A stretch of DNA of 64,000 nucleotides from Chamaesiphon sp. (GCA_965246715.1 CBDFFH010000036.1:1-64000), one strand, 5' to 3'. Counted from the stretch's first letter, positions 9,185-20,082 are shown. Notes: generated by a model not told the origin, from the sequence alone. Program-made: numbers and translations.

Positions 9185-10993
9185 TTAGAAATCGCTAAAA
9201 TTCGCGATCGCATTTACCATCCGCGTCACTACTTCATCGACATTCATCGCCCCCAATTCGCCAGCTACACGGGTACGGATGCTAATCGTGCCGTTTTCGA
9301 CCTCATTAGCTCCCACCACGCCCACAACGGGGATTTTTTCCTTCTCAGCGTTGCGGATCATCTTGCCCAATCGCTCGTTACTCGTATCCACTTCAGCGCG
9401 AACTCCTTGTGCGAGTAATTTTGCACAGGCTGCTTTAGCAAAAGGAATGAAGTCTTGCGCGACGGGGACTAACCGCATTTGGACGGGTGCCATCCACACG
9501 GGGAAGTCACCAGCATACTCTTCGATCAAGATTCCGATCAAGCGTTCGAGGGAACCAAAGGGAGCGCGGTGGATCATGATCGGACGCTGACGGCTGCTAT
9601 GTTCGTCGATGTATTCTAGCTCAAACCGCTCGGGGAGATTGTAGTCTACTTGAACGGTGCCTAATTGCCACTCGCGATCGAGTGCATCGCTAAAGATAAA
9701 ATCGAGTTTAGGGCCATAAAAAGCTGCTTCACCGATGCCTACGAAATGATCCATGCCCAGTTTATCAACCGCACGTTTAATTGCGCCTTCCGCCTTATCC
9801 CATGCATCATCGGAGCCGATATATTTATCCGAAGCCGGATCGCGGAAACTCAGTCGGGCTTTGAATTTTTTCAGTCGGAGTTTGTCGAATACCGATAAAA
9901 TCAGATCGACCACATTCAGAAACTCTTCATCCAACTGTTCGGGCGTAACAAATAGGTGAGAATCATCGACTGTAAAGCCGCGCACCCGAGTCAGACCGCC
10001 AAGTTCGCCAGATTGTTCGTAACGGTAAACCGTCCCAAATTCCGCATAACGAATCGGTAAATCTCGATAAGAGCGCAAGTCGCTTTGATAGATTTGGATG
10101 TGAAAGGGACAATTCATCGGCTTCATGACAAAGCCATTATCGGCAGCAATATCTTCCAGATTGTCCGCCATGATCGGGAACATATCTTCCTTGTATTTTT
10201 GCCGATGTCCCGATTTCATAAAGAGATCGGTTTTGGCAATGTGCGGTGTGACAACAGGTAAATAGCCTCGCTTCGTCTGTTCCTTTTTAAGGAAATCTTC
10301 TAAATTACTCCGCAGGATCGTGCCTTTGGGAGTCCACAATGGCAAACCAGGGCCGACTAAATCGGAGAAGATAAACAACCCGAGTTCTTTACCTAATTTC
10401 CGGTGATCGCGGCGGTGCGCTTCTTCCTTGCGGCGTTCGTATTCGGCGAGTTGTTCGGGAGTTTCCCAAGCGGTACCGTAGATCCGCTGTAATTGCGCTT
10501 TGGTTTCGTCGCCGCGCCAATATGCACCCGCCAAGGATTCGAGTTTAAAGGCTTTGGGGTTCAAATCGCCAGTATTTTCGACGTGAGGCCCCGCACACAA
10601 ATCCCACCATTTATCGCCGAGGTGGTAGAGCGTGATGGGTTCTTGCAGTCCGGCGAGAATTTCTAATTTGTAGGGTTCGTTTAAGGCGGAGATTCTAGCT
10701 TCGGCTTCGGCTCTAGTGACTTCTTCGCGGATGACTGGCAATTTCTGATTGACGATCTTGATCATCTCTTTCCCAATTGCTTTTAAGTCCTTTTCGGTAA
10801 AGGCTTCCGGCACGTCAAAGTCATAGTAGAAGCCATTCTCGATCCAAGGGCCGATCGTCACTAAGGCTTTGGGAAACAGCTTTTGCACCGCCATCGCCAT
10901 GACGTGGGAGGTGGTGTGTCTAATTTTTTTGAGGGTTTCCGATTCGCTGGTTTTGGGTAAATGGAGTTGCTCTGGCTGTTCGGCGTTAGACAT
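9185..10993 (-). CDS. thrS: Threonine--tRNA ligase
   Basis: DLCAGPHV, RDHRKLG, KPMNCP, GLTRVRGF, AAFYGPKLD and HRAPFGS motifs; ATG at 10993. Confidence 0.97.
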   Translation of the reverse strand: MSNAEQPEQLHLPKTSESETLKKIRHTTSHVMAMAVQKLFPKALVTIGPWIENGFYYDFDVPEAFTEKDLKAIGKEMIKIVNQKLPVIREEVTRAEAEARISALNEPYKLEILAGLQEPITLYHLGDKWWDLCAGPHVENTGDLNPKAFKLESLAGAYWRGDETKAQLQRIYGTAWETPEQLAEYERRKEEAHRRDHRKLGKELGLFIFSDLVGPGLPLWTPKGTILRSNLEDFLKKEQTKRGYLPVVTPHIAKTDLFMKSGHRQKYKEDMFPIMADNLEDIAADNGFVMKPMNCPFHIQIYQSDLRSYRDLPIRYAEFGTVYRYEQSGELGGLTRVRGFTVDDSHLFVTPEQLDEEFLNVVDLILSVFDKLRLKKFKARLSFRDPASDKYIGSDDAWDKAEGAIKRAVDKLGMDHFVGIGEAAFYGPKLDFIFSDALDREWQLGTVQVDYNLPERFELEYIDEHSSRQRPIMIHRAPFGSLERLIGILIEEYAGDFPVWMAPVQMRLVPVAQDFIPFAKAACAKLLAQGVRAEVDTSNERLGKMIRNAEKEKIPVVGVVGANEVENGTISIRTRVAGELGAMNVDEVVTRMVNAIANFSDF

Positions 10994-11297
10994 GGGTATA
11001 GCTGTTCCCTGAAATTTCGGTATGCTTGAGACAGCAACAATTGACACTCGATCGTCATGAGACGACGCGCTAGTTACGAGTCAACTGTTAAATCTGTACT
11101 CGATCTATCTTACCCAACAATCTACCTGTGAGTCGATCTACCAGGAGCAATCTACCGCCGATCCTCGATCGACAAGGATACAATCTATGAAAGTCAAGTC
11201 ATGACGATCGATATCTGTCTTCGATCGAGTAATATCACAGATGTAATCGATAGATTATGAAATAAATTCAAACCCTTGCTCTGTCTTGATTTGAATC

Positions 11298-11318
11298 GGT
11301 GGACACTGCCCACCCTAC
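11298..11318 (-). repeat. GTAG-type REP
   Basis: Reverse complement GTAGGGTGGGCAGTGTCCACC. Confidence 0.75.
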
Positions 11319-11519
11319 TGGGACGACCGGACTGAAAGTTTTGTCTACGGCGGAGTTAGAGATTTTAGGTGAGGAGTTTTTAGGTTTTGCTGATGTTTCG
11401 GCTTTGCTGGCTTGGCTCGATTGATCTGCTGGAAGTTAATGTTTTCTTTGATTGCGATCGAGTTAATTCATCAAGATCGAGAGAATATGCCAAAGTTGTT
11501 GCTCCGCACAAATTTGTCT

Positions 11520-11540
11520 GTGGGCATCTGCCCACCCTAC
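11520..11540 (-). repeat. GTAG-type REP
   Basis: Reverse complement GTAGGGTGGGCAGATGCCCAC; its flanking sequence also matches 13591-13640. Confidence 0.8.
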
Positions 11541-11645
11541 GGCTAAAAACTTGGGTAAAGCGATCGCTCAAAATATTACCGATTGTATTTTTCAGAGTTC
11601 TGAATGCCCACAGTTTTAGTCTGGTCACGCCACTACGGGGACTAT

Positions 11646-12047
11646 TTACGGTAATCTACTACTTGTTTCTATATAAACTTTCAACTTTTTATCAATAGCT
11701 TCTTCAATCATATCAATCATTTCAGTTAGTATCCTATATTCTGCATTATAATATATTTGGTTGGTAGAATAGTCTGATAATAATTTAATGCTTTGAAGTT
11801 GAGATAGTGCTTCTTCTAGATTTGGAATATACCAGTTTTCCGCTCTATACCAACCTAGCAGTAAATTATGATAGTAAGCCAGACCAGTCCAACCATCATC
11901 TTCAGATGGTTCTATTTTATCCATAATTTGCCAAAAATATCCGCGCCATATTCTTAAGGTTTTCGTATATTCATCTGTATTGATGGAAAAAGTAATCTCT
12001 TCATCGCCTTCAAAGCCACTGTAAAAATCTATTTGAATATTTTTCAT
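11646..12047 (-). CDS. AT-rich hypothetical protein, possibly an orphan immunity protein
   Basis: Acidic, aromatic-rich 133-aa ORF from ATG 12047; the longer track start runs through REP and IS sequence. Confidence 0.65.
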   Translation of the reverse strand: MKNIQIDFYSGFEGDEEITFSINTDEYTKTLRIWRGYFWQIMDKIEPSEDDGWTGLAYYHNLLLGWYRAENWYIPNLEEALSQLQSIKLLSDYSTNQIYYNAEYRILTEMIDMIEEAIDKKLKVYIETSSRLP

Positions 12048-12102
12048 ATTATTAACAGTGTGAATTATTTTTGATTTACCAGTAGTAGATGTAGGGTGGG
12101 CA

Positions 12103-13590
12103 CAGGGTGAACGCATCAAAACAGGATTTATTTCGATCGAGAGCCACTAAAATAGGCGATTAATGATATTCGATTGCTTAACTACAATTACGACAATATC
12201 AATAAAATCGAAACCAAAGACGAGGTTAAATTAACTCAATTTAGTCCGGCAAAAGTGCGGCTAAAGATATTTAGCCAAATTCATACTCTGGGGTTAGTTA
12301 AATTTAGGCTAAAATAGCCTCTAGAAGTTCGCGCGAATATTCTTCATCAAGGCTCGCAAGAAATCGCTTCTTCCTAACACTTAGTTTTCGACTCTTGTTC
12401 TGACTCATTATATTAACTGCTATATGTCTTAAAACAGCAAAATTAGCTGGAGCATTATCTTTTCTAATTCGACTAATGTCTTCTTTGAAAATAACATCAA
12501 GTACCCAATGGAGTGAATTTTCTATCGACCAATGACCTCTGATTGCTTCTGCTAGTTTTTCAACATTATCTTCTAAGCTACTGATGAAATAACGAGCTTC
12601 TACGCTGGTTTTTTCATTGACAACTCGAACTGATTCTACCATGCAAATACTAGTCAGATTTTGCCATTTTAGCAATGGATCTATTGATGTTGCAATGTCT
12701 GATATCATTAGGTAATTACGAGTTTCCTCTCTACCTCTATTCATCTCTCTACTGCTGAAGCTATGCGTTTTCAGACTTTCACCACGAGTTTTAATCGCCT
12801 GTTTGAATAGCTGTTCTACCCTTTCATATAAACTTGGTTGATTCTTTTTGACAGCAATTACATAATCTGCTTCTTTTTTGACAATTTTCTTGACTATTTC
12901 TCGCTGACATCCCATTGCATCAATTGTCACTATACATCCAGCTAGATCTAAGGCATTAATCAACTCAGGCAATGCAGTAATTTCATTTGATTTACTCTCG
13001 ACTTTTGTTTGTCCTAATACTAATCTATTACTTGCTGCCCAAGCACTGACCGTATTAATTACTCCTTTACCATTTTTTTCGTCTCTTGAATTTCGAGATT
13101 GTTTTCCATCAAATGCGATTATCTCTCCTGCTGTTATTTTACTTATTCCTTTAATCCAATGCAGGAAAGATTTATTGAATTCTTCAGGATTAATTTGTGA
13201 AAATACCCGTGCAAATGTATCGTGAGATGGTATCCCATTCGGTAATTCTAGAAATTCCTCCAGCCATTTTTTTCTGGTGATGCCATACAGCTCTATGTCT
13301 TCCCATCCATCTGCTCCACATACTACTGCACAAATCGAGATCGTGATAATATCGATTAGTTTGTGTTTTTTCCCCCGTTCAATTCTAATGTCTTTTATGT
13401 CACCAAAGTGTTCTGCGATACTATGCCTTGGCTTTAGCTTCATTTGACGCGATCTGAATTTCCAATAAATATAACATAATTAACTGGCTATACTTGTTTA
13501 CCATTAAAGCTTTCATACTTTTCGTAATTCAAATCTGCAACTGATTTGCGAGGATTTTAAATAGTAGGAAATTTAAGTGCGTTCACCCTG
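12103..13590 (-). mobile_element. ISAs1-family insertion sequence, complete
   Basis: TIRs CAGGGTGAACGCA / TGCGTTCACCCTG; 10-bp direct repeat AGGGTGGGCA at 12093-12102 and 13591-13600. Confidence 0.93.
12304..13443 (-). CDS. ISAs1-family transposase
   Basis: NGIPSHDTF, IAFDGK, KSNEITA, TIDAMGCQ and RGHWSIENSLHWVLDV motifs. Confidence 0.96.
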   Translation of the reverse strand: MKLKPRHSIAEHFGDIKDIRIERGKKHKLIDIITISICAVVCGADGWEDIELYGITRKKWLEEFLELPNGIPSHDTFARVFSQINPEEFNKSFLHWIKGISKITAGEIIAFDGKQSRNSRDEKNGKGVINTVSAWAASNRLVLGQTKVESKSNEITALPELINALDLAGCIVTIDAMGCQREIVKKIVKKEADYVIAVKKNQPSLYERVEQLFKQAIKTRGESLKTHSFSSREMNRGREETRNYLMISDIATSIDPLLKWQNLTSICMVESVRVVNEKTSVEARYFISSLEDNVEKLAEAIRGHWSIENSLHWVLDVIFKEDISRIRKDNAPANFAVLRHIAVNIMSQNKSRKLSVRKKRFLASLDEEYSRELLEAILA

Positions 13591-13983
13591 AGGGTGGGCA
13601 AATGCCCACAGAAAAACCTGTGCGGAGAGACAACCTTGGCTTTTTCACATCTGTGCTATTGTGATGTTCGATCGACTTTGTAGACTCGATTGTTAATATT
13701 GGGATGAATCAATCGAGCCAGTAATTCGATCTTTACCACTGAGGTCGATCTTTAAATATCGAGTGTCAAATCGAAAGATTGATGAAAACTAGATCGCTCG
13801 TTTAGTTATTTCCTAGCTGCGATTGGAGAAGTTGTAATTGTTCGATCGTAATTCCAGTTATCCGCGAGATAATTTCCAGAGAAACATTAAACTTAAAGAA
13901 CCGATCGTGTTTATATTGAGCCATTAAGTTATCAGCGAGCCGATCCGCTCGAATGCTTGGAGAATATATCTGTCATCGATCGA

Positions 13984-14604
13984 TTAAAGTTGGTCGATAT
14001 CGAGATCCGTACTAACTAAATTAACACCCAACCAATTGCTAAGTTCTCTAGCCAACCATTTAATCTCGCGATCGGTGAGATCTTGTCCGGTGCTGAGGAC
14101 TCGTAGCGGATCTGTTTGGCGTAATTCGATCAGGAGACTGATTTTTGGGGCTTTGAGGTCGGGGTGCTGATAGCTATCGACGATGACTTGACTGATTTCT
14201 TTGGTTTTCAGGTGTTTGGGACGACCGCGATCGAGACTATAGAGATGGTGCGATAGGGTAAATTGTTTGGAATCGATCGCAATCTTGGTATGCGACAAAA
14301 ATTTATCAGCTAGATCGAAGGACATCCGCAAGCCACCTTTCAAGAACCAAAAGGTCAATGGCAAGACAAACATCAGTGCAACGCCTAGAGCGACCTTTAT
14401 CCCTGGATCTGTAGTTGAAGATGAGAGTGGGAGAGAGATATAAATCGTCAGCCCGATCAGTGCCATCACCGCGAGATTCACGATACTGGCTAAACCGAGT
14501 TGATGTAGTGCCGATCGATCGGGTCGAAATCGAGCTGGGATCTTCAATTCCAATCGATCGGCTTTACTCTTAAGTTGAATTTTGCTCCCAGAAGGTTGAC
14601 GCAT
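13984..14604 (-). CDS. Hypothetical two-TM membrane protein
   Basis: Starts PSGSKIQL, two hydrophobic helices, ends WLARELSNWL. Confidence 0.75.
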   Translation of the reverse strand: MRQPSGSKIQLKSKADRLELKIPARFRPDRSALHQLGLASIVNLAVMALIGLTIYISLPLSSSTTDPGIKVALGVALMFVLPLTFWFLKGGLRMSFDLADKFLSHTKIAIDSKQFTLSHHLYSLDRGRPKHLKTKEISQVIVDSYQHPDLKAPKISLLIELRQTDPLRVLSTGQDLTDREIKWLARELSNWLGVNLVSTDLDIDQL

Positions 14605-14606
14605 GA

Positions 14607-14660
14607 GTAGTGACTAGTGGCTAGTGGCTAGTGGCTAGTAGTGGATAGTTGATGGTGAAA
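14607..14660. repeat. Short tandem heptamer repeats (TAGTGGC, STRR-like)
   Basis: tagtgac tagtggc tagtggc tagtggc. Confidence 0.7.
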
Positions 14661-14700
14661 AGGTGAGTCGGGTTGTTGGGGTAAACCAAGGGTGTAATGG

Positions 14701-15906
14701 TTAGTTCAAGTGAATGTTTTGAGTTTTCACGGGTGACTGAAGGTAGGGGCTTTTGGGGCTGTCGCTGGTAGAATTGACATTACTAAGTTGTTGTTGGAGC
14801 GATCGATCGGGGTTGATGACAATCCCTGGAGATTTAGGTGTCGGTGGGAGTGGTTCGCGAGTCCATAACGCCCAGCGACTCCCCGGCGGCAGGTGCTCTA
14901 ATCGTTGTAGTCGAGCCGTCAGACAGATTTGCGAAGTTGATGGCAGTTCGGTAGTTATCGACTTATCGATCTGTACCTCAGCCAGAGTTTCGAGGACGCG
15001 TCGATCGCCTGAAATCATTCCAGTTCCCGCCGTCCAGAGTTTGACATTGAGATTGGGAAATTTACTGGCATAAAAATAGAGCGAACAGGCAGCAATTACG
15101 GCTTGCTCGAAGTCTTCTGTGTCCCAAGTTGAATTATTGTCGAGGCAAATGACAATATCTTGTCCGCCGCGATCGATTTCCAGTTCGCGGACTTGAAACT
15201 CCCCATACCGGGCGCTAGTGCGCCAGTGAATCAAGCGCATCGAGTCCCCATAACGATAGGGTCGCAGCGAACGTGTCACGCCTTCATTGGCCATTTCTAA
15301 ATAGCGGCTGGAGGCAGGGCGATTGGTGCTGAGTTCGCTACTACCCATTCCATCGATGAGCGGACATTGGGATAATTCCAGTACTTGGGGATAAACGTAG
15401 GCAATTGCGGGAGCCTGACGATCGCGTTGGCACCAAAATAACCCGATCGGCGCACCACTGCGTAAGGCAATCCGTTCCCACTGATATACTCCCCGTCGCT
15501 CGGTCGGCTGGCGATAGACCCATCGATATTCACTGCGGGGTGCAATTTGCTCGACTGCAACGATCGATGGGCGCGCAGGGCGAAATGGAGCCAGATCTTG
15601 GACTTGAAATAGCGATTGTACTCGATCGGTTGGATTGTGAATTGTCAACGCGATTTCTAATTCTGCGCCAGCAGTAACCGGTAACACTGGATTGCGACTA
15701 ATTGTGATGGATTGGAGCGATCGAGCTGGTAAAATTGCTGCTACGCCGAGTAATGCCACTCCGACCCCACTCAATACATACAGCCAGCCAGCCATCGTAT
15801 TAGTTGCCACGCCAAAGAAGCAAATCGTCAGTGCGATCGACAACCACCCAGCGTAGGCGGGAGTTACCCATTTAGTTTCCAGCCATTTAGTAGTGCGAGC
15901 GAACAT
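14701..15906 (-). CDS. DUF58 domain protein
   Basis: LRPYRYGDSMRLIHWRTSAR motif; N-terminal TM helices. Confidence 0.9.
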   Translation of the reverse strand: MFARTTKWLETKWVTPAYAGWLSIALTICFFGVATNTMAGWLYVLSGVGVALLGVAAILPARSLQSITISRNPVLPVTAGAELEIALTIHNPTDRVQSLFQVQDLAPFRPARPSIVAVEQIAPRSEYRWVYRQPTERRGVYQWERIALRSGAPIGLFWCQRDRQAPAIAYVYPQVLELSQCPLIDGMGSSELSTNRPASSRYLEMANEGVTRSLRPYRYGDSMRLIHWRTSARYGEFQVRELEIDRGGQDIVICLDNNSTWDTEDFEQAVIAACSLYFYASKFPNLNVKLWTAGTGMISGDRRVLETLAEVQIDKSITTELPSTSQICLTARLQRLEHLPPGSRWALWTREPLPPTPKSPGIVINPDRSLQQQLSNVNSTSDSPKSPYLQSPVKTQNIHLN

Positions 15907-16293
15907 GATGATTTAGCTTGAGCCATGATATCTACTAGAGTACCCACCAACAATCGATCGCTTTGCAGCCGAGCTGATTTCTTTGGATTGAGTGGCTGAA
16001 ACTGCCACTGGAAGTAAATAATCTTCTCAAGTAACCACGAGTGGATCGTGCGAATCATCTCAGATATCGATCGGCTCAGATCGTGTTGCTTGTGTATTTT
16101 ATTGTCATGTATTTGTCGCTGATGGGCACAAACACGGTAAAATTTGTATCTATAGTTGTCAGTACGATGGCACTTACTAACATCTTCACAATGATGCGCT
16201 CGATCGGTAAGATGTCATCAGTGTTAAGAGCAATTTTTAGTATCTCCCAGGCATCATTCCAATCTTCCTGTGCCTATACATAGCTAAGTATCC

Positions 16294-17922
16294 GTGGCGA
16301 TCCAAATTTATCAACGTTTTTCAGCCTATTATCATCAAACAGCAATCATCATCTTATTAAGTGGCTTCTTAATGAGATTGGTCATTGCTATTTTTCTCAA
16401 CCCTGGGTTTGATGAGGCTTATTATTATCTCTATACTCTTCACCCTGATTGGAGTTATTTCGACCATCCACCACTAGTTGCGATTACGACCGGGATCGGT
16501 GTATGGTTGACCGGACAAGTAACGCAGTTCACGATTCGGATCGGGACGTTATTACTTTATACTGGTTCGTTAATCTTTTTGTATCTGGCCGCGCTGCGAT
16601 TGTACACGCTCCAGATTGCGATTGTGACACTCGCGATCGCTTCAGCAATTCCCATTTTTCAGCTGGCTTTCGGCACGTTAAATATTCCCGATACACCACT
16701 ACTATTTTTTTGGGCGGTAACTTTATGGTTAGCCGTCCAAGAATTTTTCGATCGCCGCGTCTATCATCCTAGTTACCGATTGACACTCATGTGTCTAACG
16801 GTAGGATTAGCTTGTATGGGCAAATATCATGGCTTTATTTTAGGTCTGGGTTTATTTGGATTTTGTCTATTCAGTGCTAATTATCGCCGCGCGCTGACAT
16901 CTAAGTGGTTTTTACTCGGGATCCCAATGTTTCTGCTGACGATTTCGCCAATGTTGTATTGGAATATCACTCACGACTGGGTATCTTTTAAATTTCAATC
17001 CGAACGTGCCGTTCCGAATAGTCGCTATCAGATCGATCGATTATTAATAGCACTACTGATTGAAATGGGCTATTTGTTTCCTACTTTTGGCTTTCCATTA
17101 CTATGGTCGGTGATTCGATCGACAATTCAACAATTTCGCAATTTTAATTGGCGGCGCACTACCAGCCTTAGTGGTTTTCACACGGAAGGAGAACTCGAAA
17201 AACGCTCGCTCATTCTCTGGTTATCATTGCCACTAATCTTTGGATTCACGCTCATATCGGGTTATCAACAAATTTTACCAGCCTGGAAAATGCCAGGATA
17301 TTGGTCGGCGACAATCTTACTTGCCGAACGAGTCACGAGCGGTCGTCGCTACTCCTCTAATCGCTTGCCCTATCGATGGTTTTTTGGATCGGTTGTGGTT
17401 ATCGTGTTGTTACTATCGATCGCACTATCTCACGTTGCAGCCGGGACATTCCAAATTCCCAGTAAGTCGGCAATATATGGGTTGTTACCGATTAAAGGAG
17501 ATAACTCGACTCAACTATTTGACATTCAGCAATTACGACAAGGATTGAGTGGAAATCCTAAATTTAGTCAAGCTTTAAAGCAAGCAGATTTTGTCTTTAC
17601 CAATCGATATTACTTAGGCGGACAAATCGGGATGGCGCTCGATCCAGTTTTCCATAAACCGATTACTTGTTTCGATGGCGATCTCCGTGGCTTTGCGTTT
17701 TGGTCGAAACCAAAACAGTGGATCGATAAAAATGCTATCTATCTGGGCAGTAAAACATTTGAAGTCGATGAAGATGCTAAAAACCGCTATTCAAGTTATT
17801 TTCAGAAGTTGACTAAAATTGGTGAAGTACCCATCCGTCGCGGTGGCGAAGTTGTCGAAACTTTTAGCATCTATCAAGCGCAAAAACTGCTCAAACCTTA
17901 CCCACGTCCTTATGGGAATTGA
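16294..17922 (+). CDS. GT39/ArnT-like membrane glycosyltransferase
   Basis: DEAYY, YFDHPPL, PDTPL and KYHG motifs; multiple TM helices. Confidence 0.9.
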   Translation: MAIQIYQRFSAYYHQTAIIILLSGFLMRLVIAIFLNPGFDEAYYYLYTLHPDWSYFDHPPLVAITTGIGVWLTGQVTQFTIRIGTLLLYTGSLIFLYLAALRLYTLQIAIVTLAIASAIPIFQLAFGTLNIPDTPLLFFWAVTLWLAVQEFFDRRVYHPSYRLTLMCLTVGLACMGKYHGFILGLGLFGFCLFSANYRRALTSKWFLLGIPMFLLTISPMLYWNITHDWVSFKFQSERAVPNSRYQIDRLLIALLIEMGYLFPTFGFPLLWSVIRSTIQQFRNFNWRRTTSLSGFHTEGELEKRSLILWLSLPLIFGFTLISGYQQILPAWKMPGYWSATILLAERVTSGRRYSSNRLPYRWFFGSVVVIVLLLSIALSHVAAGTFQIPSKSAIYGLLPIKGDNSTQLFDIQQLRQGLSGNPKFSQALKQADFVFTNRYYLGGQIGMALDPVFHKPITCFDGDLRGFAFWSKPKQWIDKNAIYLGSKTFEVDEDAKNRYSSYFQKLTKIGEVPIRRGGEVVETFSIYQAQKLLKPYPRPYGN

Positions 17923-17955
17923 TACAATCTAAGGTGTTGTCAAAATACGCCATCT

Positions 17956-18801
17956 ATGTGTAGCAGTTTATCGGTTCCTGAAGATCGTTATCTGCAAGTA
18001 GAAGGAATTAATACACGTTATTGGCAGATGGGCGAGGCTGGTAATAACATTATTTTACTGCATGGTGGAAATGGCTCGATCGAGTTTTGGTTATATAATA
18101 TTGCTGTTTTAGCCCAACATCATCGCGTTTATGCTTTTGATATGGTCGGTGCGGGTAAATCGGATTCTCCAGCGGCAGATTATTCACTGACTTATCAAGC
18201 GGAGTTTTTAAAAAGTTTTATGTCAGCGCTATCGATCGAATCTGCTACTCTCATCGGTAATTCAATGGGTGGAGCGGTTGCTTTGCAATTTACGAGATTT
18301 TATCCCGATCGAGTCGATCGATTGGTATTAGTAGCTAGTATGGGGCTAGGAAGAGAGATTAGTCTGGGAATTCGATTGATTACCTTACCAGCAATCGTGA
18401 GCGCGCTACGTCCTAGCCGTTGGATGATTCCGGCGATGTTAAAGTCTAACTTTTATCATGGGAGCGAACTAGCTCCAGAATGGCTCGAACTCCGCTATGC
18501 TGTCTTTGCGATCGCTGGCAGAAATCAAGTAATTTTAAATCTCGGACGTAGCAATTTTACACTCCGAGGAGTACGCCCCGATGTTTATCAACCGATCGTT
18601 GATAGTTTGCCACAAATTACCCAGCAGACATTAATTATTTGGGGCGATTGCGATCGGATTATTCCCGCTAAACATGCCGATATTGCTGCCACAGGCATAC
18701 CAAATAACCAATTACAGATCTTTCCTAACTGTGGGCATCATCCTTATCTAGAATATCCAGATAAATTCAATCGATCGATCTTAGAATTTCTGTCGCGCTA
18801 A
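17956..18801 (+). CDS. Alpha/beta hydrolase
   Basis: HGG, GNSMGG, WGDCD and CGHHP motifs. Confidence 0.92.
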   Translation: MCSSLSVPEDRYLQVEGINTRYWQMGEAGNNIILLHGGNGSIEFWLYNIAVLAQHHRVYAFDMVGAGKSDSPAADYSLTYQAEFLKSFMSALSIESATLIGNSMGGAVALQFTRFYPDRVDRLVLVASMGLGREISLGIRLITLPAIVSALRPSRWMIPAMLKSNFYHGSELAPEWLELRYAVFAIAGRNQVILNLGRSNFTLRGVRPDVYQPIVDSLPQITQQTLIIWGDCDRIIPAKHADIAATGIPNNQLQIFPNCGHHPYLEYPDKFNRSILEFLSR

Positions 18802-18912
18802 CGACTCTAAAATTGATAGCGGTAACTCCAACCACTCACTAATCTATACGCGATCGATCGCGTCGCTACGTTTGCATGGAATGAATCATCAGACAGTGAC
18901 TGCTGTTAACTA

Positions 18913-19057
18913 GCGGTTGAAACCGCCGCTAGTGATGCTAAGTCCGCCTACGCGGACTAACAAATTTCTAGAACCTGCGTAGGGCGTAGGCAGGTTTTGC
19001 AAATGTAGCAGCGGTTTCAACCGCTAGGCTACCAAAAATCAGACTTTTCAGACATCC
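18913..19057. repeat. Palindromic dispersed repeat family B
   Basis: GCGGTTGAAACCGC ... GCGGTTTCAACCGC; matches 5217-5369. Confidence 0.75.
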
Positions 19058-19068
19058 CCTTAAAGATG

Positions 19069-20022
19069 CTATCGATTGCGTAGCACTTGTAACAACGTGA
19101 GGAAATATGCCGGAATTGGTGCCGTGACGCTGACGAGTTCGCTCGTCACAGGATGGATTAACTGCAACTTCCAAGCGTGCAGAGCCTGTCCTGGCAAGTT
19201 TACACCGATCGAGCGACCCGTGCCATAGACAGGATCGCCGACGATCGGATATCCCATTTTATTCGCATGGACACGAATCTGATGGGTGCGTCCGGTTTCG
19301 AGACGAAATCGCATCAGGGTAAAGCTTCTGAGTCTTTCTTCGATCTGCCAATACGTAACAGCAGATCTACCACCCTTTTCAATCGGGACGATCGTATTCT
19401 TCTGGCGATCGATCGGATGGCGACCGATCGGGAGATCGATCGTCCCACTATCGGTCTTTGGTGTGCCGTAAACGACCCCTAAATACTCGCGGCGAGCGGT
19501 TTTAGCCTGAAGCTGTTGTTGGAGGTGTTGGTGGGCAAAATCGGTCTTAGCGACAGCAATCGCACCGCTGGTATCTTTATCCAACCGATGGACGATGCCG
19601 GGACGCTGCACCCCACCGATACTCGACAGCGGACAATGCGCGAGCAAGGCATGAACGAGGGTTCCGGTAGCATGTCCCGCTGACGGATGAACTACCATCC
19701 CAGCAGGTTTATCGATAATCAGCAGTTGCTCGTCTTCGTAGAGAATATCGAGCGGAATCGGTTCGGGGATGAGATCGAGACTGTCTGGTGGTGGTATGGA
19801 TACGCATACCCGATCGCCAGACTTTAATTTATACTTTTTGTCAGTACAAATCTTGTCTCCGATGCGAATATGTCCTTGGGCGATCGATTTTTGCAATCGC
19901 GATCGTGAAAATTCTGGCAACCGATCGGTCAGCCACACATCGAGCCGAGGATCGGGAGTATTATTTAGATCTACGATTAACTCGATCGCGCTTGAATTTT
20001 CTTCACTATCCACCATTAACAT
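19069..20022 (-). CDS. rluD: RluA/RluD-family pseudouridine synthase
   Basis: S4 domain, HRLDKDTSG and LETGRTHQIRVH motifs. Confidence 0.9.
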   Translation of the reverse strand: MLMVDSEENSSAIELIVDLNNTPDPRLDVWLTDRLPEFSRSRLQKSIAQGHIRIGDKICTDKKYKLKSGDRVCVSIPPPDSLDLIPEPIPLDILYEDEQLLIIDKPAGMVVHPSAGHATGTLVHALLAHCPLSSIGGVQRPGIVHRLDKDTSGAIAVAKTDFAHQHLQQQLQAKTARREYLGVVYGTPKTDSGTIDLPIGRHPIDRQKNTIVPIEKGGRSAVTYWQIEERLRSFTLMRFRLETGRTHQIRVHANKMGYPIVGDPVYGTGRSIGVNLPGQALHAWKLQLIHPVTSELVSVTAPIPAYFLTLLQVLRNR

Positions 20023-20082
20023 TTAACCGTTCACTATTTACTATCCACTGTTCACTGTTCACTATTAACTGTCCCCTACTCC

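Noticed and set aside
11380..11698. Short ORFs on both strands
   Set aside because: They overlap a REP and its flank and have no recognisable motif
20015..20075. TTCACTG/TTCACTA heptamer repeats, also at ~52735-52760
   Set aside because: Ordinary cyanobacterial STRR-like tandem repeats
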